This document shows positions 26,598 through 37,246 of a stretch of DNA of 64,000 nucleotides, in pieces. How positions within the stretch are numbered: the first letter of the stretch is position 1; every line of letters begins with the position of its first letter. Location: NCBI GenBank assembly GCA_964566735.1, contig CAZMJB010000001.1, forward strand, positions 21,516-85,515, given 5' to 3'. This DNA is from an uncultured Candidatus Saccharibacteria bacterium. Lineage in GTDB: Bacteria; Patescibacteriota; Saccharimonadia; Saccharimonadales; Saccharimonadaceae. Made by a program: the position numbers and the translations under genes. The notes below the pieces were generated by a model. It made no database searches. It was not told the DNA's origin and worked only from the letters and a program-made list of their open reading frames with translations.

Positions 26598-28142
26598 ATG
26601 AAAAAGGCGGATATTTTATCGTACGCACAGCCCTTTTATGACGAGGATCAGCTCCTTGAGCTTGGTCACGCCATTGATGTTGCCACAAAAGCCCACAAAG
26701 GCCAAAAACGTAAAAGCGGCGAACCCTACATTATTCACCCTCTTAATGTTGCCTCAATTCTGATTGAGTGGGGCATGGATGTCGACAGTGTCATCGCCGG
26801 CATTCTTCATGACACCGTCGAAGATACCAGTATATCTTTAGAGGAATTAGAATCGCAGTTCGGCAAAGACGTCGCCTTCTTAGTAGATGGCGTAACCAAA
26901 GTCTCGCAGGCACGTGCCGGCATGCAGGACCTTACCGAATATCTTCCACAAACCAAAGATAACCTCTCAAAGCTTCTTATTGCCATTGGGCAAGATGTAC
27001 GTGTGATTATTATTAAGCTCGCCGACCGTCTTCACAACCTCCAAACCCTCCAGCACATGCCTCGTGAGAAACAAATCAAAATCGCTCGTGAAAGCCTTGA
27101 GGTGTTTGGGCCAATGGCCGATCGTCTGGGTATGGGTCGGGTGCGCATGCAAATAGAAGAGCTCGCCTTCAGTTTTCTTGACCCTGAAGAATTCAAAAAG
27201 CTGCAAATCCTTATGAAAAAGCGCCTTGGCAAAAGTACGCGTAAGCTGGGTATTGTGCGCGAAGAAGTTGACCGCGCCCTGAAAGCACAAAACGTTCCAC
27301 ACGAAATTAACGGTCGCGTAAAAAGTATTTACAGCCTTCACAAAAAACTGCTTAAAGTCGAAAACAACATCGATGACATTTACGACCTGATGGCGCTTCG
27401 TATTATTGTTGAAACAAAAGAAGATTGTTACCGCGTACTTGGTATCCTACACGCACTTTACCAACCAATGATTGCCCGCATTAAAGACTACATTGCGGTA
27501 CCAAAACCAAACGGCTACCAAAGTCTTCACACCACCGTTCTCACGCCGGCGAAACAAATCGTTGAATTCCAAATTCGTACCTACGAGATGCACGAATTCG
27601 CTGAGCGTGGACTTGCAGCGAGCTTCCACTACCACGAGCAAAAGAGCTCAAAAGATTACATGCGTGGCGGCAAAAAAGGCGCAGTCCTGCCTTCTCATAT
27701 GCAGTGGATCACTCAGCTTCAAGAAATTGCCACCAAACTTCGTAGCGGTGAAGAAATCCCCGAGTCACAACTTTCAATCGACCTGTTTGGTGACCGCATT
27801 TTCGTCTACTCACCACGTGGCGATATCTATAACCTGCCAGAAGGTGCCTACCCACTCGACTTTGCCTACCTCGTACACAGTGACATCGGCAAACACAGCT
27901 ATGGCTTCCGTGTGAATGGTTCAATTCACCCCTTCGATAAGCCGCTTCAAAACGGTGATGTCGTCGAAGTTATTACACGAAAAACCTCGCTGCCAAAAGC
28001 GACCTGGCAAGACCTCGTCACGACCACCCATGCTCGTGCCAAGCTCCGCGCTCAACTCCGTAAGGTTGGAGCCATTGAAAGCATTAGTCACGCAGCCGGT
28101 ATTATTCGCGAAAAGACGCGTCTTAAAAAAGATGCCGCATAA
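26598..28142 (+). CDS. rel: RelA/SpoT-homolog (p)ppGpp synthetase/hydrolase
   Basis: 514 aa with an HD domain (HPLNVA, HDTVEDT), a RelA_SpoT synthetase domain and a TGS domain. Confidence 0.9.
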   Translation: MKKADILSYAQPFYDEDQLLELGHAIDVATKAHKGQKRKSGEPYIIHPLNVASILIEWGMDVDSVIAGILHDTVEDTSISLEELESQFGKDVAFLVDGVTKVSQARAGMQDLTEYLPQTKDNLSKLLIAIGQDVRVIIIKLADRLHNLQTLQHMPREKQIKIARESLEVFGPMADRLGMGRVRMQIEELAFSFLDPEEFKKLQILMKKRLGKSTRKLGIVREEVDRALKAQNVPHEINGRVKSIYSLHKKLLKVENNIDDIYDLMALRIIVETKEDCYRVLGILHALYQPMIARIKDYIAVPKPNGYQSLHTTVLTPAKQIVEFQIRTYEMHEFAERGLAASFHYHEQKSSKDYMRGGKKGAVLPSHMQWITQLQEIATKLRSGEEIPESQLSIDLFGDRIFVYSPRGDIYNLPEGAYPLDFAYLVHSDIGKHSYGFRVNGSIHPFDKPLQNGDVVEVITRKTSLPKATWQDLVTTTHARAKLRAQLRKVGAIESISHAAGIIREKTRLKKDAA

Positions 28143-28145
28143 CAC

Positions 28146-28835
28146 ATGGCTGAATTAAACGTTGCACTATCGACGGTTGCTGATGGGAGTATGCTGAATC
28201 GTCATGATGATAACGACAAGTCAGTCATTTCAAATCGTCAAAGGTTCCTTGAATCACACGGAATATCTTTTGAAGATACGCTGCGCCTCAATACAGACCT
28301 CACTCGCCGCGCGGCCAATACAAACTCGAATTTCTGTACATACGAATACGTCGATGAAACGAATGCTGGTGACGGAATAAAAGGCGCGAGTCTCATCGTC
28401 GCCGATGCAATTGTTACGGACAAAAAGAACCTCCCCTTAATGCTCCCTGTGGCCGATTGCATTGGGGCTGTATTGTTCGACCCCTCAAATGAAGTCTTAA
28501 TGATGAGCCACCTGGGCCGACATAGCCTCGAACAACAAGGCGCTCTTCGCTCTGTTGAACATCTCGTCGAGCACTTTAAGAGTAACCCTGCCGACATTAA
28601 GGTGTGGCTCACGCCTGCTGCAGGAAAAGAAGAATATCCAATCTGGGCACTCCATAATAAGGGCATGAAAGAAGCTGCCTTAGAGCAACTCGAAACAGCT
28701 GGTATCCGCCAAGAAAACCTACATGATGACTCTCGAAGCACAACGGCCGACACTGACTTTTACTCCTACAGCGAGTTCCTTAAAGGAAATAGAAAAGAAG
28801 ACGGCGACCATATGATCGCCGCCGTCATGCTGTAA
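28146..28835 (+). CDS. YfiH/PgeF (DUF152) family protein
   Basis: ADAIVT, LPVADCIGAVLFD and MSHLGRHSL match the conserved Cys/His pattern of the family. Confidence 0.7.
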   Translation: MAELNVALSTVADGSMLNRHDDNDKSVISNRQRFLESHGISFEDTLRLNTDLTRRAANTNSNFCTYEYVDETNAGDGIKGASLIVADAIVTDKKNLPLMLPVADCIGAVLFDPSNEVLMMSHLGRHSLEQQGALRSVEHLVEHFKSNPADIKVWLTPAAGKEEYPIWALHNKGMKEAALEQLETAGIRQENLHDDSRSTTADTDFYSYSEFLKGNRKEDGDHMIAAVML

Positions 28836-28848
28836 TACTTTCCGCTCT

Positions 28849-29379
28849 TTAGCGGTTGTTCCAGCGTTCCACAGATTCGTGAATAATCGCCTTCGCTTCT
28901 TCCGCGTCGCCGAATCCCTTCACAATAGTGCTACCAGGCTTTTTAAGGTCTTTGTAGTGGGTGAAGTGGTGCTCGATTTGTGCAAGCAGTTGCTTTGGAA
29001 GATCCTCAAGGCTCTTGATAGCATTGCCGGTGTTGCGGTCGTCGGCTGGGACAACAATTACCTTGTCGTCAATTTCGCCGTCGTCTTCAAACTTCATAAC
29101 ACCAATTACATTTGCTTCAAGGAAGATACCGGTCGTCAGTGGAGTGTCGGTAATAATCAGTGCGTCGAGTTCGTCACCGTCTTCGTCGAGTGTTTGTGGA
29201 ATAAATCCATAGTTGGTTGGTTTTGCAAAAATTGCAGGTTCAACACGGTCGAGTTGGAACACCGCAAGCTCACGGTTCCATTCAATTTTGTGTGAACTGC
29301 CGGTTGGAATTTCAACGACAACGTTAATCACGCCGCCATCAATATCACCAGGGCCAAGAATCTTGTTAAAGTCTGCCAC
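28849..29379 (-). CDS. ppa: Inorganic pyrophosphatase
   Basis: EIPTGSSHKIEW, YGFIPQTLDEDGDELDALI and a size of 176 aa. Confidence 0.9.
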   Translation of the reverse strand: MADFNKILGPGDIDGGVINVVVEIPTGSSHKIEWNRELAVFQLDRVEPAIFAKPTNYGFIPQTLDEDGDELDALIITDTPLTTGIFLEANVIGVMKFEDDGEIDDKVIVVPADDRNTGNAIKSLEDLPKQLLAQIEHHFTHYKDLKKPGSTIVKGFGDAEEAKAIIHESVERWNNR

Positions 29380-29450
29380 GCTTGTTCTCCTTTGTTTTCT
29401 ACTCCTGTTATTTTAGCAGTTTTTGCCCCGAGCGTATATAATGTACCTCA

Positions 29451-30425
29451 GTGAAACTGATTTCTCCAACGCAATATGTGCGAGAAGCTGCAGACGCCGT
29501 CGCTAAGGCAAAGACGCGCGTCTATTTGATGTCGATGGTCATCGCAGACCACGAAGCAACGCACCCGCTTATTCTGGCGCTTGAAGAAGCTGCGCAGCGC
29601 GGTGTTGAAGTCGTAGTTGCAGCAGATATCTTTACCTACGGTGAAGTAAGTGGCGGCTTCCTTCCGCTTCGCTATTACAGCCACGGCGCCCGAAGCACAA
29701 ATCGTATGGTTAAAACCCTCAAAAAAGCTGGGGTAAAATTCCACTGGCTTGGCCGTGGTCGCATTACACTCTACCATGGACGAACCCACAGTAAATGGTG
29801 TGTGGTTGATGACACCCTCTTCACCTTCGGGGGTGTAAACCTCTACGAAGAAGGGATCCAAAATATCGACTACATGTTCCGCCTGACCGACGCAAAACTT
29901 GCCGATCGTATTGTCGAAGAACAAAAACGCGTTCAAAAAGCCGAAAGTCGATCGGGGAACTTCCCGAGTGTCGCGCATGAACATGGCGAAATGACCGTTC
30001 TCATTGACGGCGGTTTTATTGGTCAGTCGGTTATTTACCGCCGCGCCATCGAGCTTGCCGAAAAGGCGACGCACATTACTTTTGTTTCGCAGTACTGTCC
30101 AACGGGAAAGCTCTCGCGAATCCTGGCTAAAAAATCGACGACGCTTTACTATAATCGCCCCCTCCAAGCAGAAGGGCTAAACCGCATTGCCATCCGCATT
30201 GGGCAAATCGCTACTGGGCTCAAAACAAGCTACACCAAGGCCCGCTACCTCCACGCAAAGTGTATCATTTTCACGTTTGAAGATGGCTCAAAGGCAGCAA
30301 TTACCGGCTCACATAACTTTGCCTACGCTGGTGTCCTACTTGGCACTCGTGAAGTGGCTCTGCTAACCCGGGATTCTCAAATTATCGATCAGCTCGAAAC
30401 CTTCATTGAAAAAGAAGTGAAATAA
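29451..30425 (+). CDS. Phospholipase D-family protein with two HKD motifs
   Basis: HGRTHSKWCVVDD and YLHAKCIIF...GSHNF are present. No TM segment is evident. The start is a GTG and is uncertain. Confidence 0.7.
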   Translation: MKLISPTQYVREAADAVAKAKTRVYLMSMVIADHEATHPLILALEEAAQRGVEVVVAADIFTYGEVSGGFLPLRYYSHGARSTNRMVKTLKKAGVKFHWLGRGRITLYHGRTHSKWCVVDDTLFTFGGVNLYEEGIQNIDYMFRLTDAKLADRIVEEQKRVQKAESRSGNFPSVAHEHGEMTVLIDGGFIGQSVIYRRAIELAEKATHITFVSQYCPTGKLSRILAKKSTTLYYNRPLQAEGLNRIAIRIGQIATGLKTSYTKARYLHAKCIIFTFEDGSKAAITGSHNFAYAGVLLGTREVALLTRDSQIIDQLETFIEKEVK

Positions 30426-30454
30426 AAACCGCCGGAACGCCCGACGGTTTTTTA
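30425..30454. terminator. Bidirectional intrinsic terminator
   Basis: AAACCGCCGG, loop aacgc, CCGACGGTTT followed by TTT. It lies between the convergent PLD gene and trxB. Confidence 0.6.
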
Positions 30455-30464
30455 TAGCAATGAA

Positions 30465-31406
30465 TTAACGATCAAAGTTATCGAGATATTCGCGAATCGA
30501 CAGCGCAGCTGCAGCGCCCTCGCCCACCGCACTGGCAATTTGCATTGTTGCGCCACTTCGAACGTCGCCACTCGCAAATACACCCTCTACAGCAGTTTCG
30601 AGATGGTAATTCGTCTTTACGAGCCCTACTTCATCGAGCTCAACACCACTTCCTTCCAGGAACTGAGTGTTTGGCTTCAAACCAACGAACACAAAGACGC
30701 CATCAACTGCGAGCTCTTTGGCTTCACCCTTTTCGGTCATCTTGACGCCCGTCACTCGTCCGTCATCTGCCAAGACAATCTCATCAGTTGCGGTTTCGAG
30801 ATGAATTGTCACCTTGCCTTCGTCAACATATTTTTGAAGGTCTTGCTGCAAAATGTCGCTTGCCTTAATAGTGCTACGAACAAGCAGGTCAATATGACTT
30901 GCGTAACGTGTCAGGAAGATGGTTTCTTGGAGTGCAGAATTTCCGCCGCCAACAACCGCAAGTGTGCGGTCACGGTAAAATGCCCCGTCACAGGTTGCAC
31001 AGTAGTGAACACCGCGACCATATGACTCAGCTTCACCTGGAACGCCAATTTTCTTGTAGTCGCTTCCCGTTGCAATAAGGACAGCCTTTGCCTTAATGTC
31101 TTGTCCGTCGATGGTAACAATTTTATATTTACCGTCAACACGAATCGCCGACGCCTCACCAAAATCAACTTGGGCACCAAAGCGAGTCGCCTGAGCCTCA
31201 AGTTCGCCGGCCAGCTTCATACCTTCAATACCATCGGGAAATCCAGGGTAGTTATCGACGCGGTCCGTTATCGCCGCCATGCCTCCGATGGTTGCTTTTT
31301 CGTAAAGGACGGTATCGATATCCTCACGGGTTGTATAAATAGCCGCGGCGAGTGCGCTTGGACCCGCCCCAATCATGATAACGTCGCGGATGCTATTGGT
31401 TTCCAT
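30465..31406 (-). CDS. trxB: Thioredoxin reductase
   Basis: The start is moved to the internal M (METNSIRDVIMIGAGPSALAAAIY). CATCDG is the redox-active site, and GGGNSA is present. Confidence 0.9.
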   Translation of the reverse strand: METNSIRDVIMIGAGPSALAAAIYTTREDIDTVLYEKATIGGMAAITDRVDNYPGFPDGIEGMKLAGELEAQATRFGAQVDFGEASAIRVDGKYKIVTIDGQDIKAKAVLIATGSDYKKIGVPGEAESYGRGVHYCATCDGAFYRDRTLAVVGGGNSALQETIFLTRYASHIDLLVRSTIKASDILQQDLQKYVDEGKVTIHLETATDEIVLADDGRVTGVKMTEKGEAKELAVDGVFVFVGLKPNTQFLEGSGVELDEVGLVKTNYHLETAVEGVFASGDVRSGATMQIASAVGEGAAAALSIREYLDNFDR

Positions 31407-32034
31407 AGAGCCTCGCTTGGAGGTTAATGAGTTCTTGTGGAACTTCAACTGTTTCGGGGGTTGGAATAGTAACAATCACAAACTTAATTGGAGTGTTTGG
31501 TGGAATGTTTTCGCCACTTCCGGTTTCACCGTAGGCAAGCTCACTTGGGATGCTGAGTTCACGAACACCACCAACTTTCATGCCCACTACGCCGTCGGTC
31601 CAACCTTTAATAACTTGACCAGGACTTGCAGTAAATGGTGCTTTAAGGCTGCCGTCATCGTTAATTGAACTGTCAAAAATAGTGCCTTCTGGGTTCCAGC
31701 CAATGTAGTAGGCAGTAAATGTCGATTCAGCCGTTAACTCTTCGCCCGTCCCAACTTCAAGGTCTTCGGTTTTGAGCTCTGTCACACTAGCTGCATCAAA
31801 TGCACTGACGCGAGATGTATACTGGTTTACTTTTTCAGAATACTGCGCCGAAAGCTCTTGTTCTTGTTTCTTGGCGGCGTTTTGATACTCAGCTAAGAGT
31901 TCGTTGTAGCGCGATTGATCGCTCTGGCTGTTTTGGTTCGCGAGCACGATGATCGCAAATGATCCAATCGTACCCACCGCCATAAATACTGCGATGATCC
32001 AAATTCCAATTCGTTGTGCTTTTGTTGTAGCCAT
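31393..32034 (-). CDS. FKBP-type peptidyl-prolyl isomerase, membrane anchored
   Basis: It has an N-terminal TM helix. The C-terminus reads FDSS...GQVIKGWTDGVVGMKVGGVRELSIPSELAYG. Confidence 0.8.
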   Translation of the reverse strand: MATTKAQRIGIWIIAVFMAVGTIGSFAIIVLANQNSQSDQSRYNELLAEYQNAAKKQEQELSAQYSEKVNQYTSRVSAFDAASVTELKTEDLEVGTGEELTAESTFTAYYIGWNPEGTIFDSSINDDGSLKAPFTASPGQVIKGWTDGVVGMKVGGVRELSIPSELAYGETGSGENIPPNTPIKFVIVTIPTPETVEVPQELINLQARLYGNQ

Positions 32035-32038
32035 ATCT

Positions 32039-34516
32039 CTAAATTACCTTTCCGTCAGTGGCCTGATTCACTCGTTCAATTACTGCATTAATTACTTTTG
32101 CTACATCATCATTTGTCATAGTTTTGTCGTACGAAGCAAGGGCAATACGAATCGTAATGTTCTTCGTATCACCTTCTGCCGGTTGGTACATGTCGAGTGG
32201 ACTCACCGTTGTAATGAGGCCTGTTTCGGCGAGTGCTTGCTCGGCAGTCGTCACAATGGCGTCATAAGGTACAGCTTGTGCCACCTGGAAGCAGATGTCT
32301 CGTTCGGTGCCAGGGTAACGGCTGAGTGGACGGTACTGAATACCGACCGCTTGCGCGCTTCTAAGAAGTTCGCGTGGGTCAATTTCAAACCCTGCGGTGT
32401 ATTCTGGTGTTTTAAATGCCTTTTGAACAGACTTCTTGTATTCACCAATCACACCAAGTACCGCATTCGTGTTTCGATCAACAACAACCGCACTTCGTTT
32501 TGGCTCAAATGGCGCAATAAGCGCGCTTTCGCCATCGATTGCACGGTATGAAACTTCAACACCCACTGCAGCGAGTGCATATTCAAGCATGTGCTTAGCG
32601 TCGTAATACGCAGCACCCTTTTTCTTTGAATCAGTCAACACGAGTGCGATGCGGTCTTTTTCAACGGGAACATTCTCGTCAGTCAAACCATCCTGCTTCT
32701 CGTGTACCTTGTTTGCTTCGAAAAGTGCAAATGAACCATAGCCCGCCTTGACGTTAGCAAATACGTTTGAGAGCAAGCTTGGAGTCAGTGTTTGTCGGTA
32801 GTGCTGAAGCTCAGGGCTAATACTGTTCACGATGCGGTAGGCGTTAGCTGGGTCTTGGCCAGCTTTTTTTAATGTATCGCCGTGCACGAAGCTGTATGTC
32901 AGTACTTCATTCGCACCCGCACGAACAAGTCGCTTGCGAATAATTGTACGGAGCTCATCAAAGTCACCAGGGCGAACTGCCACAAAATCACGACGAGGGA
33001 GTGTCAGGTTAATGGTGTCGAACCCAGCAAGACGTCCCACTTCTTCGATCAAATCTTCAGAAATACGAATATCTTGGCGCCAGTACGGTACGGTCACGGT
33101 CGCTTCGAGGCCATCAAAGGTTACTTCAAACCCGACATTTCGAAGGAGCTCGGCAATATCTTCAGAGGCAAACTGCGTACCAAGGGTTTTATTCACCTGT
33201 GGTTCACTCACCTTTACGATAATTGGCTCACGGGTTCCTGGGTAATCTTCAACAATCCCACTCGTTACGCGTGCGCCGGTGTGTTCTTGGAGCATGCGTA
33301 CCGCTTCAACGAGTACTGGGGTGCTGAGTGGCGCTGGAATTCCCTTCGTAAATCGGGTGACCGCTTCGGAGAATACGCCATGACGCATTTGGCTTGAACG
33401 CATGTGGTACAAGTCAAAAGTTGCAACTTCAAGCAGAACGTTTTTGGTTGTTTCATCAACAAGAGTGCTTTGGCCGCCCATAATACCGGCAAGGCCAATA
33501 GCTGTGTCGCCAGCTGCAATCACAATATCGGCTGTGTCGAGCTCGACTTCTTTACCATCGAGCAGGACGAGCTTTTCGCCCGCGCGGGCAGTACGAACGC
33601 GTACGGTGAAATCATCACCGGCTATAGCACGAACCTTGTCGTAGTCGTAGGTGTGAGATGGCTGACCGGTAAGGATCATGAGGTAGTTTGAAACGTCAAC
33701 CGAAGCATTAATTGGGCGGACACCACTGCGCGCCAGGTAGGTTTGGAGCTGAATTGGTGATTTCGCGGTCTCATCAACGCCGCTCAGCACAATAGCCTGG
33801 AAACGGTCTGAAAGCTCGGCGTCTTCAATGGCAATACGTGGCGCTTCAAGTGAACCGTCGTTTTGAAGATCTGCTTGCAGGACATTCAACCAATCAGGTG
33901 TTTGGAATGGCAGGCCTTGAATACCGGCAATTTCACGCGCAAAGCCAATCACCCCAAACGCGTCTGGGCGGTGCGTCAGTGACTTGTTTTCAATATCAAG
34001 CAGGTAGTCGTTGAGTTCATACAGCTCAGCAAATGAGGAACCTGGGGCCGCTTCTTTATCGAGCTCGAGAATCCCTGAGTGGTCATCGTAGAGGTCAAGT
34101 TCGCGAGCACTGGCGAGCATACCGTTGCTCATGACGCCACGGAGGGGCTTTGCACCGAGTACAAATGGCTCAGCGTCGGCATAGGTTTCAGGCACGACAC
34201 TGCGCGGTGGCAACCATGCTACCAAAAGGCCAGCGCGAACATTTGGCGCGCCGCACACAACCTGAACCAGGCCGTTCTCATCGCGTTCAACATCTTGCAC
34301 GACACCGCCATCGTCAATTTTGGTGACATTTAGGTGGTCAGAGCCTTCAAGCGGACCACATTCAACTACGCGCGCTACAACAACACCACTGTACTTTTCA
34401 CCGATGTTTTCGACACTTTCAATCTCAACAAGACGCGCACCAATAAGGGTCGCGAGTTCATCAACGGTTCCGTCGATTTGAGTGAATTTCTTTAACCAGT
34501 TTACAGAGATAATCAT
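32039..34516 (-). CDS. pheT: Phenylalanine-tRNA ligase beta subunit
   Basis: 825 aa with tRNA-binding, B3/4, B5 and FDX-ACB domain order. It overlaps pheS by 4 nt. Confidence 0.95.
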   Translation of the reverse strand: MIISVNWLKKFTQIDGTVDELATLIGARLVEIESVENIGEKYSGVVVARVVECGPLEGSDHLNVTKIDDGGVVQDVERDENGLVQVVCGAPNVRAGLLVAWLPPRSVVPETYADAEPFVLGAKPLRGVMSNGMLASARELDLYDDHSGILELDKEAAPGSSFAELYELNDYLLDIENKSLTHRPDAFGVIGFAREIAGIQGLPFQTPDWLNVLQADLQNDGSLEAPRIAIEDAELSDRFQAIVLSGVDETAKSPIQLQTYLARSGVRPINASVDVSNYLMILTGQPSHTYDYDKVRAIAGDDFTVRVRTARAGEKLVLLDGKEVELDTADIVIAAGDTAIGLAGIMGGQSTLVDETTKNVLLEVATFDLYHMRSSQMRHGVFSEAVTRFTKGIPAPLSTPVLVEAVRMLQEHTGARVTSGIVEDYPGTREPIIVKVSEPQVNKTLGTQFASEDIAELLRNVGFEVTFDGLEATVTVPYWRQDIRISEDLIEEVGRLAGFDTINLTLPRRDFVAVRPGDFDELRTIIRKRLVRAGANEVLTYSFVHGDTLKKAGQDPANAYRIVNSISPELQHYRQTLTPSLLSNVFANVKAGYGSFALFEANKVHEKQDGLTDENVPVEKDRIALVLTDSKKKGAAYYDAKHMLEYALAAVGVEVSYRAIDGESALIAPFEPKRSAVVVDRNTNAVLGVIGEYKKSVQKAFKTPEYTAGFEIDPRELLRSAQAVGIQYRPLSRYPGTERDICFQVAQAVPYDAIVTTAEQALAETGLITTVSPLDMYQPAEGDTKNITIRIALASYDKTMTNDDVAKVINAVIERVNQATDGKVI

Positions 34517-35529
34517 GATGCAAATTTCCTTAAGAACGCGAGTTTAGCCGATTCGAAGTGGCGAAGATCTTCAATGCCGTATTTGAGCATGACGAGCCGT
34601 TCGACTCCCCCGCCCCATGCGAATCCGCGATACTGGGTTGGGTCGATGCCAGCTTCCTTGAGGACGTTCGGGTGAATCATGCCACAACCAAGCATTTCGA
34701 GCCACTCGCCCGGCTTACCACCAATAGCAGCAGGCTTTTCAATGGCAAATTCAAGGCCAGGTTCGACAAATGGGAAGTAGGCTGGTTGGGTTTTGACGCG
34801 AAGTGCCTGCCCGTAATAGGTTTCGAAGAAACTACGGAGGGTTCCGAGCATGTCGCCAAGTGTCGCATCTTTACTGACAAACACGCCTTCACATTGGTAG
34901 AAGGTGTGTTCGTGGGTAGCATCGACGTCTTCGTTACGGAAGACACGGCCGTAACTAATTGCGGCAATTTGCCCGCCAGCTTCGAGTTTTGCTTTACCGT
35001 CCTTCAAAATACGGTGCTGCATGGTAGAGGTGTGCGCAGGTGGAATATAGCCTTCTTCGGTACGGAAGGTGTCGTAACCGTCACGCGCTGGGTGATCTTC
35101 TGGGAAGTTGAGGGCGCCAAACATATGGTGGTCGTCATCAATTTGGCGTGACTCAACCGCTTCGAAGCCCATACGGGTAAAGACGTCGACGACGTTTTCG
35201 AGCTCTTTGGTGAGCGGGTGCTGGGTACCATTTTCGGTTGGAAGCAGCGACGGTGCCTTACTGTTCACATCCCAAGGGGCGGTGATATCAATCGGCTGCA
35301 CATCAGCAGATTCAAGCTCGTTTTCACGCGCTTCAATCGCCGCTTCAACCGCGAGCTTCACTTCGTTTACTTGTTTACCAAATGCGCCACGCTCTTCGGC
35401 TGGAAGCGAACCGATTGCGCCGTATAACTCTCGAATTTCTGGGGCTTTTAAGACATCGCGAGGAGAATCGCTTGACGCGACCTTCCCAAGCAAGGACTGC
35501 TTCACACCCTCAACATCATATGTGGACAT
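34513..35529 (-). CDS. pheS: Phenylalanine-tRNA ligase alpha subunit
   Basis: 338 aa with class II motifs (FPEDHPARD, GFAWGGGVERL). Confidence 0.95.
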   Translation of the reverse strand: MSTYDVEGVKQSLLGKVASSDSPRDVLKAPEIRELYGAIGSLPAEERGAFGKQVNEVKLAVEAAIEARENELESADVQPIDITAPWDVNSKAPSLLPTENGTQHPLTKELENVVDVFTRMGFEAVESRQIDDDHHMFGALNFPEDHPARDGYDTFRTEEGYIPPAHTSTMQHRILKDGKAKLEAGGQIAAISYGRVFRNEDVDATHEHTFYQCEGVFVSKDATLGDMLGTLRSFFETYYGQALRVKTQPAYFPFVEPGLEFAIEKPAAIGGKPGEWLEMLGCGMIHPNVLKEAGIDPTQYRGFAWGGGVERLVMLKYGIEDLRHFESAKLAFLRKFAS

Positions 35530-35582
35530 AACTAGTACCTAGTATACGCTAGAACTAGCGTCTGTGCGAGAGAAAAATCACC

Positions 35583-35816
35583 CTACATTGTGGCGACAAT
35601 AAGCCAAATCGCAATCCCGATAATAGCGATGGCAATAAGCACCCAAACCCACGCAAGACTGGTGGTTGATTTGGTGTCTTTCAAAAATGCCGCGTCATCG
35701 ACACCGTCAGGCCGTTCTGTTTCGAGCGCTTTCTTTTTTGCCTTGTCTTGAAGTTCGGCGGCAACGCGCTTTTGCAGGTCGGTTCGGGTCTCGTTTTGCT
35801 TCATATATAAACTCAT
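35583..35816 (-). CDS. Small membrane protein
   Basis: 77 aa with a charged N-terminus and a C-terminal TM helix. Confidence 0.45.
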   Translation of the reverse strand: MSLYMKQNETRTDLQKRVAAELQDKAKKKALETERPDGVDDAAFLKDTKSTTSLAWVWVLIAIAIIGIAIWLIVATM

Positions 35817-35976
35817 ACTATCTACTATAGCACTTCAGTGTGGCTCCTTCTTGTTTATGGTATCTCGCCTCACGGCGACATTGCACTGTGTCACCTCGGA
35901 AAAGCATATGTGATATGCTTTTCACTCGCCTCCTTGTGCTATACTTGAGGCATGTTCACTATAAGGAGGGAAACAT

Positions 35977-36828
35977 ATGGCTACTAAGAAGGCCACTACT
36001 ACAAAAAAGAAAGCTCCTGTAACTAAGAAGACGACCGTAAAGGCAGCTTCAGTTGCAGCGACTAAAACGACCGTCAAGACCGTTCCTGCTACTGCAAAGA
36101 AGCAAAGTCTTGGCCAGCACATTGAAACATCACTCCTGTCAGGGTCACTCTGGCGTGCGCTTGGTGCCGAATTCCTCGGTACATTCTTGCTTGCTGCCGT
36201 GGTGATTGCAGGACAAGGTCAACCGATCTTCGTTCTCTTTGGACTCGTGGGTATCGTACTACTCATCGGTGCAATCTCTGGCGCACACGTTAACCCAGCG
36301 ATCACCCTTGGTGCCTGGGCAACACGTCGTATCGGATGGCTCCGTGCTATCGGATACATCTTTGTACAATTCCTTGGTGCTGCTGTTGCGTACTTCGTAC
36401 TTTCAGCATTCCTCGGTGGTGCAACACAGCCTACTGCTGAACAACAATCATACGGCCAAACTGCAGCAAGCCTCTTCAAGGCTGTTGACATCGCTCAGCT
36501 TACTGGTAAGGAATGGTACGTGTTCTTCGCTGAAGTACTCGGTACCGCAATCCTTGGTTTCGGTGTAGCCGCAGCAACTCGCGCAAAGGACAACCTCAGC
36601 GCAGCATTCTCAGTTGGTCTTGGTATCTTCATCGCTCTCATGATCGGTGTTACCGTTACCGGCTTCGTATCAGCAAGCAGTATCCTCAACCCTGCCGTTG
36701 CACTTTCACTCCAAGCTTACGTTGGTGGCGTTTGGGCCTTCCTCGTATACGGTCTTGGTGCGATCATCGGTGGTGTTCTTGGGTTCCTTATCCACGACTT
36801 GCTTCGTGGTAAGAACCGCGCCGCTTAG
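35977..36828 (+). CDS. MIP/aquaporin-family channel with a Lys/Thr-rich N-terminal extension
   Basis: Two NPA boxes (HVNPAITLG and ILNPAVALS). An AAGGAGGG RBS sits upstream. Confidence 0.85.
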   Translation: MATKKATTTKKKAPVTKKTTVKAASVAATKTTVKTVPATAKKQSLGQHIETSLLSGSLWRALGAEFLGTFLLAAVVIAGQGQPIFVLFGLVGIVLLIGAISGAHVNPAITLGAWATRRIGWLRAIGYIFVQFLGAAVAYFVLSAFLGGATQPTAEQQSYGQTAASLFKAVDIAQLTGKEWYVFFAEVLGTAILGFGVAAATRAKDNLSAAFSVGLGIFIALMIGVTVTGFVSASSILNPAVALSLQAYVGGVWAFLVYGLGAIIGGVLGFLIHDLLRGKNRAA

Positions 36829-36843
36829 TTCACTAAGCACAAT

Positions 36844-36877
36844 AAAAAATCCGCTCGTACGAGAGCGGATTTTTTTA
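36844..36877. terminator. Bidirectional intrinsic terminator
   Basis: AAAAAATCCGCTC, loop gtacga, GAGCGGATTTTTT. Confidence 0.65.
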
Positions 36878-36886
36878 TGGCGGTCG

Positions 36887-37237
36887 TTACTTTGAAGCTG
36901 CAGCGCGACGAGTATCAGCAGCGGTTTGCTGCACCTCTCCCGAAATAATCTTAGCGCGGCTTGATACTTCTTCCTTCACACGACCCGCGGTGCGCTTTAC
37001 GCCACCAGCGGCATCGTTTGCAATATCTTTCAAGTGGTCAGCGCTATCGGCAAGTTCATCTTTAACGACCGTGGCACCTTTCTTCACTTCTTCCATACCA
37101 GCCGAAGCCTTCCCCTTATATTCTTTCGCCTTGTCAGCGATGTCCCGTCGGGTTTCTTTACCACTCTTTGGTGCAAGTAGAATACCTGCGACAAAAGCTC
37201 CGACGGCAACTGCTGCAATTGTTAGTGCTTTACCCAT
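36887..37237 (-). CDS. YtxH-domain protein (second copy)
   Basis: AVGAFVAGILLAPKSGKETRRDIADKAKE has the same N-terminal signature as 10588-10911. Confidence 0.7.
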   Translation of the reverse strand: MGKALTIAAVAVGAFVAGILLAPKSGKETRRDIADKAKEYKGKASAGMEEVKKGATVVKDELADSADHLKDIANDAAGGVKRTAGRVKEEVSSRAKIISGEVQQTAADTRRAAASK

Positions 37238-37246
37238 ATATCCTCC